This document shows positions 39,684 through 50,920 of a stretch of DNA of 64,000 bases, one piece after another. The first letter of the stretch is position 1, and each line of letters starts with the position of its first letter. The stretch is from a bacterium (lineage in GTDB: Bacteria > UBA8248), in assembly GCA_965204535.1 (NCBI GenBank), contig OZ241996.1, positions 704,001 to 768,000 on the forward strand, in the 5' to 3' direction. The position numbers and the translations under genes were made by a program. The notes beneath the pieces are model-generated. The model made no database searches, was not told where the DNA came from, and worked only from the letters and a program-made list of their open reading frames with translations.

Positions 39684-41465
39684 GAGACTGTGAAAGTATT
39701 CCCACGATTCTGGTGGGTGACGCTGGCGAGCGATGCCCGGGTTGTCTGTACATGCTATCTTTACCGGTGAGTGAGATAACCACATAAAGGGTCACCACCA
39801 TGTCCGAGAGACGTTATCAGGAGGTGCAGTCCCGAAGCCAGATGATGCTGCTTCCGCCGTGTCTGGACGACTACGTGTCCGAGCACAATGCGGTGCGCGC
39901 GATCGATGCGTTCGTCGGCACGCTGGACCTGGAGGCGCTGGGGTTCGCGCATGCCGAAGCGAACTGCGGCGCCGGTCAGCCGGCTTTCGACCCGGCGCTG
40001 CTGCTGAAGCTGTATCTGTACGGCTACCAGCACCGGGTACGGAGTTCGCGCCGTCTCGAAGCGGAGACGCGGCGCAATCTGGAAGTGATCTGGCTGTGCC
40101 AGGGTGCGACGCCGAGCTACAAGACGATTGCGGATTTTCGCAAGAACAATGTGGCTGCGCTGCAGGAGGCCAACCGGGAGTTCGTGCTGCTGTGCCGCGA
40201 ACTCTCGCTGCTGGGCGGCAGCCGGGTGGCGGTCGACGGGACTTTTTTGAAGGCCGATGCGAACCTGGACAGCTTCCAAACCAAGCGGTCCCTGGCAAGG
40301 GACCTGAGGCGTTTGGAGAAGAGGATTGCGGCGTATCACCGGCAGTTGGACGAGGCGGATGCGCGCGGGGAGGAGTGTGGGGACGGTTCGGAGGATCCGG
40401 ACCTGCCGGTGAAGCTCAAGGCCTTGATCGAGAGGCAACAAAAGAAGAAGGCACTGCAAGAGCATTTGCAGGAAAGCGGAGAGCGTCAGGTATCGGGGGT
40501 CGATGCAGATGCTCGACTTCTGAGGAACGGCGATATAATGGTGGGCGGATACAACTGCCAGATCGCGGTGGACGACAAGCACAAGCTGATTGTCGCGGAG
40601 GATGTGGTGCAGGACGGCAATGACTCCGCTCAGTTGGAGCCGATGATGACGAAAGCCGGCGAAGCCATGGGCAGCGAACGCCTGGTCGGCCTGGCGGATT
40701 CGGGCTACTTCAACGGCGCACAGTTGAAGAGTTGCGAAGACAAGGGAATGGAGGTGTATGTTCCGATACCGAACCAGACGGCCCGCAAGGGCAAGGACGG
40801 ACGATTCGGCAGCGATGAATTCCGTTACGATGCGCAGGATGACACGTATGTCTGTCCGGCCGGAGAGCGTCTGGTTCGAGGCGGCACGACCACCGTCAGG
40901 GGCAGGCTGTATTACTTTTATCGCGGGACGGCGGCGGTTTGCCGGGACTGTTCGTTGTCGGGCCGATGCCTGACAAAGTCGAGATCGACGCGCAGGATAC
41001 AACGCTGGGAGCATGAGGACGTGGTGGACCGGCATCGCAAGAAGATGAACGCCCGTGTGCCATTGATGCGCGGGCGAAGCACACTCGTCGAACATCCATT
41101 CGGTACGATCAAGCGCTGGGCGGGGATGGATCATTTTGTGATGCGCGGACTCGGCAAATGCCGCGGCGAATTCAGCCTGATGACGCTGGGTTACAACTTC
41201 AAGCGGGTCATGCGTGTGCTGGGCGGAGCTGCATTTGTGGAGCATTGTCTGCAAAAACAGCGGTTGGGGACGAATGGCGTGTGAACTTGAAGCCGATTCT
41301 TCGAGGACTTGACCGCGACCCCGAGCTGACCGGCCGCCGAGACGTTTCTCTCCCGGCTCTGCGGTGTTGTTGCTCCCGAAGTTGAAGACAGTGTCCGGCC
41401 ATCGGGCTGCAAGCGTAAGCGAGCCCTGTTCCGGAGACTGTGAAATCCAATACTCTCACAGTCTC
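39684..41465 (+). mobile_element. IS1182-family element
   Basis: 17-bp TIR GAGACTGTGA(A/G)AGTATT; 9-bp TSD CGCCGCCCG at 39675-39683 and 41466-41474. Confidence 0.92.
39800..41284 (+). CDS. IS1182-family transposase
   Basis: SSRRLEAE, TIADFRK, VDGT, GYNCQ, ADSGY, VEHPFGTIK. Confidence 0.95.
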   Translation: MSERRYQEVQSRSQMMLLPPCLDDYVSEHNAVRAIDAFVGTLDLEALGFAHAEANCGAGQPAFDPALLLKLYLYGYQHRVRSSRRLEAETRRNLEVIWLCQGATPSYKTIADFRKNNVAALQEANREFVLLCRELSLLGGSRVAVDGTFLKADANLDSFQTKRSLARDLRRLEKRIAAYHRQLDEADARGEECGDGSEDPDLPVKLKALIERQQKKKALQEHLQESGERQVSGVDADARLLRNGDIMVGGYNCQIAVDDKHKLIVAEDVVQDGNDSAQLEPMMTKAGEAMGSERLVGLADSGYFNGAQLKSCEDKGMEVYVPIPNQTARKGKDGRFGSDEFRYDAQDDTYVCPAGERLVRGGTTTVRGRLYYFYRGTAAVCRDCSLSGRCLTKSRSTRRIQRWEHEDVVDRHRKKMNARVPLMRGRSTLVEHPFGTIKRWAGMDHFVMRGLGKCRGEFSLMTLGYNFKRVMRVLGGAAFVEHCLQKQRLGTNGV

Positions 41466-41832
41466 CGCCGCCCGGCGGCGCGGCCCGTCGCTTCCCGTGT
41501 CGTTCGTCTGCTTGTGATGTAAAGCGCAAGCTGCAGCGCCTTGTGCGCCCGCTGCTTGTAAATCCAGGCGCAAGCTCCGGCACCCTCACTCCCTCTTGCC
41601 ACTCGCTCTGTCCGCTCAAGCGCCGCGGCGGCTCCCGCTCGCCAGTCTCTCCGGCGCCGGTTCCCCCATCTCTCGTTCTCACGAATTCGGCAATCTGACG
41701 CCCTTCGGCGCTTCGGGTTTCACACCGGACGCATCGCTGATGCTGGTGTCGCGTGGGCTGCGAATGACTGCGATCTCCAACACCTGGCTTTTACGGTTCA
41801 TCCCCCCGCGCACCCCCGTCGTGCCGAAACAA

Positions 41833-41996
41833 GTAATACCAATCTGGTATCACGCTATCTCTTTGAAATCCCTGCGCTTAAAAATGGCGTATGCTCATTG
41901 TAATACGATGTAATACGGGGGTTTTCTGCAAGATACCAGATTGGTAGTACCCGGAGGTGCGCTGCGCTATGATGGCTACCATTTTGGTAGTTCATG
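41833..41996. other. Putative oriT-like region
   Basis: Perfect 15-bp IR TACCAATCTGGTATC (41837-41851 / 41932-41946), tandem TGTAATACG repeats, AGGTGCGCTGCGCTAT beside a CTACCA/TGGTAG hairpin, upstream of an RHH gene. Confidence 0.45.
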
Positions 41997-42121
41997 AAAC
42001 GGCGTCGCGGGTATGATTTTTGGGAGCTCGGCGGATGCGTTTGGTGCAAGAAATGAGAATTTTTGCGGCCGTTTTGCGACTAGAACGGATGAAAATCTTG
42101 TTGATAGGAGCGGCGAAACGA

Positions 42122-42412
42122 ATGGTTCAGACAATACAGAAGAACATCAGAGTCACGCCCGAACAGTGGAAACGAATTGAAAATGAGGCCGAAAAGCGCG
42201 AAATGTCGCCCAACCGGCTGGTAGTAGAGTTCGTGATGGAAGCCCTGGAGCGCCGCGAATGGCCCCACACAGAGGCGGAAATCCACCTGCTTCGCTCCGC
42301 CATGTTCACCACGCAGGCCATCATCCGCGACATGGAGAAGGCGGGACGAGACGAAGAAATCAAGCAAATCAGCCGGAATATCTCTGAAGTTGCGCCTGAA
42401 TTGCTAGGCTAA
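42122..42412 (+). CDS. Ribbon-helix-helix protein (relaxosome accessory/CopG-like)
   Basis: IQKNIRVTPEQWKRIENEAEKREMSPNRLVVEFVMEAL strand-helix-helix pattern. Confidence 0.65.
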   Translation: MVQTIQKNIRVTPEQWKRIENEAEKREMSPNRLVVEFVMEALERREWPHTEAEIHLLRSAMFTTQAIIRDMEKAGRDEEIKQISRNISEVAPELLG

Positions 42413-43184
42413 TCGGAGAAGGGCCCGTGTGATTGGGCAGATTTGGCAAGTGAAGATGCGTAGGTAAAACCTCCGATGTCGGCAAGGACAAACACCAGCT
42501 AGGAAACGTGGATCATCTGGAAAGAATTTTCCTCTATGAGAAATTCGCGCCGAATAGCCATCGAATCGGCGACATCAGCGAAAATATCGCTACAGATATG
42601 TTCAGACTGACACCTCATCCTGCTCACTATGCATTTACCAAGACCGGTGAATAGATTTGTATTAAGTTGATACGAAATGATCGAGTGATGCTTTTTTGAT
42701 AAGAATCGAAACATTTACTCAACTAACACTTGGCCTAGAACTGTTCGATTGAAGTCCTTTTGGAAAGTTTTGGCATCAGGCGGAAATCGGGCAAAATGCT
42801 CAATAGTAGTCTGTCTATCTCGGGCTAAGGAGTATCTTGTTCAAGAATTCTTTGCCCTTTTAACAATGGAATATGCGAGATTCACGAGTTATACAATCAA
42901 GTAGTAGCTGGCAGAGGTTCCATGCTGAAATGTTCTGCTAATGGTTCAGGCATGTTAGTGTTCCGATGCATGCCGCTCGGCACGATATCTCCCTGCGACC
43001 GTGTGATACGGGGGGCAGTTTGCACTCAAGTAAAACGGATCGCGCACACGCAAACATCAACGAACGCGTAGGTAGCGAGGGTCGTCTCCGTAAATTATGC
43101 CTAGAATGTTGCGCGGGTCGGGGTGGTTTTGAAACCAATTGAATCCCGAAGGGCTCCCAATGCTCTCAACACAAGCCAAAAAGG

Positions 43185-43700
43185 ATGAAGATAATGGGCC
43201 GTGAGTTCTGGTGGCAAGTAGCTGCAAACATAGTCGGTGGACTTATACTGATAGCTATGGGGTGGTTTGCAAGAGAAATAAAGTGGAGAGAAATCTATGT
43301 GAGATTAACGAGTAAAAAAGGGCGAGAAAGAGCTAAAGGAATATGGGAGACAACAAAAGGACTAGGCATCCTCATAGGAATCTTGATAGGACTGTCAATC
43401 ATGTATAACAAAGTGGAACAACTCCAGAACGGCGTGATGGTTATATGCAAAAGCAACGAATGTGCAGAAGAAGAAATCCTGAGGGCGAAGATATGCAAAA
43501 CAGATGCGATGGCGTATGGAACAGAGATCACAGCGAATAGCTCAAGGAAAAAATTACCACAACCAGGAAGGGCAGTAAAAAACAAGTTTGAAACATGCAT
43601 ATTGAAAGAAGGACTAAATACAAGAAGATGTAGTCTGGATGAGCAGGGCTGCATCTACTTTCCACTACAACGTGGAGGGTACGGAGGAGGTCTGTTCTAG
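43185..43700 (+). CDS. Hypothetical AT-rich membrane protein with Cys-containing C-domain
   Basis: Two hydrophobic segments; no family recognised. Confidence 0.5.
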   Translation: MKIMGREFWWQVAANIVGGLILIAMGWFAREIKWREIYVRLTSKKGRERAKGIWETTKGLGILIGILIGLSIMYNKVEQLQNGVMVICKSNECAEEEILRAKICKTDAMAYGTEITANSSRKKLPQPGRAVKNKFETCILKEGLNTRRCSLDEQGCIYFPLQRGGYGGGLF

Positions 43701-43734
43701 TCATATTAGAGCAACGGTTTCTCAAGATAGAGTG

Positions 43735-43920
43735 GAGTTACTGTCAAATTTGCTGGATGGCTGTCGTGAATCCATCGGCCTTCCTGTCCATCTTTCCTTC
43801 AACCACCGCATCTATGAACTTCACATCGGCGAGCATGTCAGCCAGTAGATGGAGGCCGGGCAATCGGTCCTCCGCTAAGCACTCAACGACCCTGGGATAC
43901 TTCGCCTCCCAGGTGGCGAG
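43735..43920 (-). pseudogene. Degenerate IS256 3' remnant
   Basis: GAGTTACTGTCAAAT end and GGGATACTTCGCCTCCCAGGTGGC are shared with the element at 49329. Confidence 0.7.
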
Positions 43921-44127
43921 AAATTGATTGTGAGCACCTAAATGTCCTTGATCGGCATCTTAGGCTAGTCGAGCAGATTGAGCCGTTCTTCCTGTCGGAG
44001 TTGTCCGAAGACTATTCGGGAGGAGACAAACTGGCACTTCAGGCGCTGGAATGCTTCGACCTCACTTGTATGCAGAATTAGTGGGACGCGGAGCTGCATC
44101 TGATAGTCGCTGTATCAAGTGGCTTGT

Positions 44128-46238
44128 TCACCGAAGTGCCAAAAAACAGCAGAACTTGACCTTTTCTCCTGACCCACAGGGGCACATTTCATAGGGTTTT
44201 AAGTTATTGGCTTTGCATAGATCATCCAGCAGAAATCGGCTTCGCTTTCGCCAGCTAGCCACTCGTTCTTCCCCGTTACGAAGGTCGCCCCATACGGCAG
44301 GTCGAAGACGCGGGCCAGAGGCTCGCGTCATAAACAGCCCTGAGAGTTGATCCCGAGCTTGTTCAAGAACGGACATCGAGAGCGCTTGACGCAGTCCGGC
44401 ATTCACCGCCGTAATTACCTGCCCCCCTCGTTTGTCGCAAGGCGCTCTGCTACCTCGCGACGAAAACTCTTCCCACTGGCCGATTCCCTAAAGTGCAATA
44501 CTCCACGTAGCAGTTCTGGCTGCTCCTCGATCAAAGCACCCAGATCCGAATTAAACCGACCGGTCAAGACGTAGCTTGCCGCGTCGTCGGCCCACTCCGT
44601 CCCGGCAGAAGCGGAGAAAGCTACGCTCGCCAGCTTTTCACACCCCAAGAGTAGCCGCGTAGCGCTGGCGTTGGTTTGTTGACATATAACTCCCTTGCCT
44701 ACTACTCCAGCCAAGCGCAATACGGGAAAGACCAACCATCGTGGGACGGCGCCTCGCGGTGTTCCCCCGCTAATGCCCAAGAGTCGACGAATGGAGGGAT
44801 GCATCATGGCACTGCGAGTTCTGTCCGACACTTGATCTGTCTTTAGCGCATGCGTCAGATCGACTGAAGACGACTCAAGCATGTCCATCTGTCTTTCCGC
44901 TATTTCTTCTTTGCCCGGTATGGGCGTCAGATGCCGACGAATTCTCTCGGCGACCGTCATCTCCTCGAACGACTCTGTGGAACTAGCCCTAGAGCCCAAC
45001 CTGATTTCCTTTATATGGCCTACCAGAGCGCCCGGTTCCGGAAAGACCACGACGGGTTCTGGCGGTGGGATGACCAGCCGTATCGCCCCGGCTTCGACGA
45101 ACTCCCAAAACCAAGCTGAACCCAGCAGGTTGTGCAACTTTCCCAAGTGGCCGATCGACAGGCAAATCACATCGAAACAGACCAAACCGACGACGATATC
45201 GTGCAATGCCGAGTAGTCGTGAAGAACCACTTCGCCATCTACATAGCCTTCACCGATGATAAGTTCCCGCGTTCCCGAACTGTTCTCCGCGGTCACCGTT
45301 TGCGACGTGGTGAACTTACCCGGAGGTAGTAACTCTCCAATGAAGCAGATGCTCTCACCGTTGCGTTCCTCAATCCCGGTATCCCCCGGAGTTGATGTGG
45401 TCGGACCTGGCTGAGGCCTGATGTCCGCAACGGCTTCAAGTGTCAACAATGCGCTTCGATGGTCCGGCGGGTCGGCGACATAACTGATACGTCTCACACC
45501 TAGAGGAATTTCGGACGATCCTTCCGGAGTGACGATGAAATGCGGACCCGTTCCAAATAGCGGATGGGTTGTCGAACTGTGTTGAAGGGCGGAAATCACG
45601 TGTTGGTCTTGGAAACCATAGCCTAGAAACAGAACCGTTGAATTGGAGAGGACCGAGTGAAGAGAATTCAGGAACGGGATGTCAATTTGAATATCGTCGT
45701 AGTCCTGTTTGGAGAACACCATGGTCTCGACCGCGCTGATCGAACCATGCAGCTTGCATATGAACGCCCTGCCTTCGGCTAGGAGTTGCCGCATACGTTC
45801 GGCGTCGGACCGTTGAACGGTCTCCCGTCCGATTAGGTGATGCTCGAGGGATTCGTCAACGTTGGTGGTCACGATGCCCGTCGGCTTGACCTGCTCCAAT
45901 GCATGCAGCATTCGTCTATAAACAGGGGTTGGTTGCCGATACGAAAAAGCGTCAAGGAGACAAGAGAAATAGAGCTCTGAATCGCATGTCCGCATCTCCT
46001 GAAAAAGCTTTGGGTATGCTTCCGCCGCCAATAGAGCCGAGGTAGTGTTCTTGGAGTAGGTGCTCACCTCTCTTGTAAACCGCCTGTGCATCTGTTCGGC
46101 GAGCTCGCGCCACAATGGGTAGCCCATCCACGCACTAGTGCCAGCACCCAGCCAGACAACTAGAGGACCGCCGCGACTCCGAATCGCCGAATCGAGGGCG
46201 TTTAGGGCATTGAACGTCTCTTGATCTTCGCAGAACAT
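44128..46238 (-). CDS. SIR2-like domain protein with C-terminal SEC-C motif, split by a frameshift at a G6 tract (44422-44427)
   Basis: WLGAGTS...PLWREL, VTTNVD, KLHGS, FLGYG; downstream frame ends CPCGSGEKVKFCC; one extra G fuses the two frames. Confidence 0.75.
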
Positions 46239-46861
46239 GGTTAATTCCTTGGACTATCTGTAGGCGCTTGCGATCATCGGGTTTTGCTCACACGATCTCC
46301 CCTCAATAATTTTATCACTAGATATGAGAGTTCTGGAACCATGGATGAAGGGCGAAGCGGAGCGAAACCCGGAGGCCATGGTTCCTATGTTTCAGGTCCT
46401 AATAAGTTATGCTGCCTGATCCTGTTGTAGATATGCTGTTTTCGCTCCACGAAGAGCCATAGCCCAAAGCCGTACATTGCGTCCACGCAGTCAGGATACC
46501 CGCCGGGGAGAATAGCGGGCCCGCCAGCGGGCCAGGACCGAGCCTGAGCGCTTCCTGGGGTCCCTAGTCTCGACTACGGCGAGAAATTCAGTGGTTCCCA
46601 CGTTCGGACTGTACCAGCAACGAAGTGCATTGGCAGCGGAGGTGTATTTCGGTTCGATTGCAAGATGGAAACTGGATATCAGCAATAAGGGGGCCGTGCA
46701 TAGCTTCTATAAATTTCGGGAGACGTAAACCGTGCAAATTCGAAAAATACTAGGTCAAAAGCGCTTCAACAATACCCTTAGCTACAGCCATAGCACAAGA
46801 ATCCTCTTGAAATTGAGAAAAAGAAGCTGGGGATCTATTCATTCTTGAGCGATATATTTTA

Positions 46862-48202
46862 GGTCAAGTCCTGTAGATGCTGGATAATTTCTTAGGGCGC
46901 ATATCGGCCGAGGGCTGCCTGATGTCGTTTTCCGCCTCGTAGTTCTGGTCCAGTTCCCTTCTGAGGGCGTCCATCTGGCGGCGCTCGAAGCCGGTGACCC
47001 TGAGCGCCCGCCATCGCTCCGAAGCCCGGATCATGGCGGCGAACATGAGCTTGAGCACCGGCTTTTCCCCGAAGGCGTTGGGAATGATCTTCATCCGCCT
47101 CCGCTCCTCGACGAACAGGCGCTCGAGCAGGTTCGTGGTGCGCACGGCGCGGCGGTGGTTGACGGGCGCCCGCAGATGCGCGATGCAGGCTTCGAAGTCG
47201 TCGCGGAAGCACGCCACGGCGCCGGGCAGTTCGGACTCGTAGTCCCTGACTATCCCTTCGGCCAGTTCCCGGGCGATGGCGCGCGAGGTTCCTCATCCGG
47301 TGCGCCAGGCAGCGTTGCCGCTCCGAGCGCGGGAAGCAGGTCTCGATCGCCTTGACGATGCCGGGCGCTCCGTCGCTGACCACCAGCAAAGGGTCGCCCA
47401 GGCCGCGGGCGCGCATGTCGTGGAAGAACGCGCTCACCGTCTCGGCGTCTTCTTTCGAACCCGCCATCAGGTGCAGGAGAACCTTCGCGCCGTTCGCCGT
47501 GAATCCCCAGGCCGCCAGAACCGGCTCGCGCCTGCTCCCCGGGCGGATACGTTCCGCAATCCCGTCGATGAACAGATAGACGACCTCGTGCTCGCCCAGG
47601 TCCCTTGACGCGAACTCCTGGTAGTCTTCCCAGAGGCGTTCGCCGAGTTCGGAGACCGCCGTGCGCGAGAGCAGAAGACGACCGCTCTCGTCGGTGAAGA
47701 CGTCTTCGATGTCGCGCACCGACAGGCCGCGCGCCAGAAGCTCCACCGCCAGCCCCTCGAGCGCCTCGGTGCGCCCCTTGAGGCCCTCGCGTATCTCGGA
47801 GCGGAACCCTTCCTCGCGCCCGGCAATCTGAGGCGCCGCGTACTCGATGAACCCTTCGGCCGTCTTCAGACGACCCGGGCGGTGACCGTTGCGGTAGCCC
47901 TGGCCGGGCTTCGCGCCGTGTTCGTAGTACTCCCGGCCCAAAGCGTCGTGGCTCTCCGCCTCCAGCGCCTCTTCCACGATGAGCCGCGTGGCGAGCTTCA
48001 CCAGATCGGCTCGCGCATCGGGACTCGACAGACGGCCTTCGATCAAGTCGGACAGGGATTGGCGGGTATGTATCGATGCCTGTATTCTCTTCTTCATGGG
48101 GTTGCCTCCTCGGTGGGACGCCGGCGCTCACCGGCACGGGTTCATGGTTCCTCCGCCGAGGATGCACCCCTCCAAAGTTTCCAGCAAGTTTAGGACTTAA
48201 CC
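46862..48202 (-). mobile_element. IS256-family element with internally deleted, frameshifted transposase
   Basis: Imperfect IRs GGTCAAGTCCT.../GGTTAAGTCCT...; YRNG, FIDG, SDGAPG, QRCLAH, TTNLLER; frame breaks near 47283; no TSD seen. Confidence 0.88.
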
Positions 48203-48635
48203 CTCTTTCTCCCCTTCTTCAAGATGAATCGTTTGCATCGCTTTTATTCGGCTCTTGCTATTCATCCCTTGCTTTCAGCCCTAACTTTTGCTGCCGCTTT
48301 AACTCTTGCTATCGCTTGGGATGTTAATAGCTTGTGCTAAACGGAATTGGGAGTCCCGTCTTTAACCACACCTGTAAAGCTTTCAAGCAACGTTAGTAGC
48401 GTTGCAAAGGTAGAAATCCCCGCCTCTTGCCAGAGACTATAGTAATATGAAGAATTCTTCGGAGCTACTAAGAGGTACTTCTAATCAGTTTATATTACTC
48501 CAGTGTCGGTTAAATCAATACGCGGCCTACAGAGTTGGCTACAAAGATTTTCTTCTTTATTGCTGGAGATAGTATAGGTCTTTACATAAAATTCTGTAAG
48601 TTTTTTGAAGAGTTTTATCAAGAAGGATTCAAAAC

Positions 48636-49322
48636 ATGAAACTAGGAACAAATGCAATTCAGTTGTTTTTACAATTTTTTGGTTGGTTTATTTCCACCGA
48701 TCTTATTTGGAATTTTTCAGGGTTTAAAACCAAGCTTAAACTTGCCATACCTCTACTTGAACCTTTCTTTCCAGCCATATCTGTTGCGTTGATTTTTACA
48801 CTTATTGCAATACATTATGGCAAAATTCTCTCGTTGTTTTTTGCTTCAGTAAGATTCCATTCATATTATGAAAAACTACTCGAATGGAGCGATCATGTTA
48901 ACGGAAGAAAACCAAGGGCAGAATCATCTTATTCTTTGTCATACGATGCCTCAAAACAAATAATAGACGTATGTCAAAGATTCAATATCCCTTACCCGAC
49001 ACCCATAGAAAAAGTGGATTTTAAAGCAATGTCTTTTTATGGTGATGAAAAAGCGGATGAGGAAAGATTAGAGATATGGGGTATCTTTGCTGACGATATT
49101 GCACGTTGCGCCAGCAACAAGAATTTGCATAAAGCACAAGAAATTTTAATGAATGAAGATGAGAGAGCAAAAGCAGCTTTGACTAGAAAAAAGCGACTTA
49201 ATCACCTTACTATATGTATCGTTTTGTTAACCATTTTGTTAGTCATTCTGATCAGTATGATCATTAAAAAATGGGATGTTTGGGTATATTTGTTTAATCT
49301 AACATTTAAGGCGGCAAGGTAA
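48636..49322 (+). CDS. Hypothetical AT-rich membrane protein
   Basis: 228-aa ORF with N- and C-terminal hydrophobic segments, between two IS256 copies. Confidence 0.55.
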   Translation: MKLGTNAIQLFLQFFGWFISTDLIWNFSGFKTKLKLAIPLLEPFFPAISVALIFTLIAIHYGKILSLFFASVRFHSYYEKLLEWSDHVNGRKPRAESSYSLSYDASKQIIDVCQRFNIPYPTPIEKVDFKAMSFYGDEKADEERLEIWGIFADDIARCASNKNLHKAQEILMNEDERAKAALTRKKRLNHLTICIVLLTILLVILISMIIKKWDVWVYLFNLTFKAAR

Positions 49323-49328
49323 TTTCCT

Positions 49329-50740
49329 GAGTTACTGTCAAATGTTGTGTATGGCCGTCCTGAATCCAGCGACCTTCCTGCCCGTTTCTATTTCGTTCAC
49401 TCCATCGACGAACCTCACGTCGGCGATTACGTCGGCCAGATGACGGAAGCCGCGTAGCCGGCGCCATCGCTTCTCGGCGCTCATGGCGAGCTGATGCACG
49501 AGGCACAGCGCCGTCTTCTCACTCAAGCAGTTCCTGGTCTTCGCCGTTCGCAAGCGAATGGTGGCGAAGGTCGACTCGATGGGGTTCGTCGTCCGTAGAT
49601 GCCCCCAGTGCGCCGCCGGGAAGTCGTAGAAGGCGAGCAACTCCTCCCGGTCTCTCGCCAAGCATTCGGCCGCCTTGGGATACTTCGCCTCCCAGGTGGC
49701 ACAGAAGCGTTCGAACGCCTTGTGCGCATTCATCCGGGTGTCGGCCCGCCAAATCTCGTGCAGCATCGACTTCGCTTCGCCCTGAACGCATTTGGGCAGC
49801 TTGTTGAGCACGTTCGCCGTCTTGTGAACCCAGCAGCGCTGCGCCCGCGTCTCGGGATACACCTCGGCCAGAGCCGACCAGAACCCTAATCCCCCGTTGC
49901 CCACGGCGAGCTTCGCCGCCTTTACGCCCCGGTCCCGCAGGCTCAACAGAACCGCTTTCCAACTCTCCTTCGATTCCCGGAACCCCGCCTCCAAGGCCAG
50001 GAAGTGCTTGCGGCCACGCACGTCGCACCCCACCACCACCAAAAGACAGCGCCGCTCCTCGCCACGCACGTTCACGTAGATGCCGTCCGCCCACAGATAC
50101 GCGAACTCCTCGCCATGCCATTCCCGCTCACGCCACTCGGCGTACTCACGCTCCCAGCCGCTCTTGAGCCGCGCGATCGTCGCCGGAGACAAACCCCCCA
50201 CCGATTCGCCAAACAGCGCCGTGAGCGCCTCGCCGAAGTCGTTCGTCGATATCCCCTTCAGGTACAGCCACGGAATTACCGCCTCCACACGCCTCGCCTT
50301 CTTCAAATACGGCGGCAGCAACTCCGAGCGGAAACACCGCCCCGCCCCGGACCTGTCCCGCGTCCGCGGAACACGAACCCGCACCGGCCCGATTCCCGTC
50401 AAAATCTCCCGTGACACCAAATAGCTGTTGCGGTAGCCCTGGCCGGGCTTCGCTCCATGCTCGTAGTACTCCCCGCCCAGCGCGTCGTGGCTCTCCGCCT
50501 CGAGCGCTTCCTCCACGATGAGTCGCGTGGCCAGCTCCACCAGGTCGCCCCCGCATCCGATGTCGACAGACGACCTTCGATCAGGGCGGACAGGGTCTGA
50601 CGTGTATGCTCCGATGCCTGTATTCTCTTCTGCATAGGAGTGCCTCCTCGGTTGGATGCCGACGCTTACCGGCACGGTTTTGTGATGCCTCTGCCGAGGA
50701 TGCACCCCTCCAATGTTTCCAGCAAGTTTAGGATTTTACC
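49329..50740 (-). mobile_element. Chimeric, inactivated IS256-family element
   Basis: 5' part resembles 47888-48202; 3' part is a different IS256 (WADGIY, QRCWVH, RTTNPIES); early frameshift; second catalytic Asp reads Asn (AVGNG). Confidence 0.85.
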
Positions 50741-50920
50741 GGCAACGCCGTTGGAATTCACCAAACGCCTCTATACGGGCGTCAAAACAGGATTTGAGCA
50801 AGAATACCCCGCCTTCTTCAATTCAGCACATACACGAGAACTGAACGTATGTTCTTGACACTTATCCCTTTAGCTTGGTAGCAATGCCTCTTGATGAAAT
50901 TTCCAAGCGGGAGGGTTTTA

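Noticed and set aside
24972-41254. Many long antisense or alternate-frame ORFs (e.g. 33921-35333, 36609-37793, 39761-41254)
   Set aside because: Arg/Pro/Gly-rich shadow frames of GC-rich genes with no family motifs.
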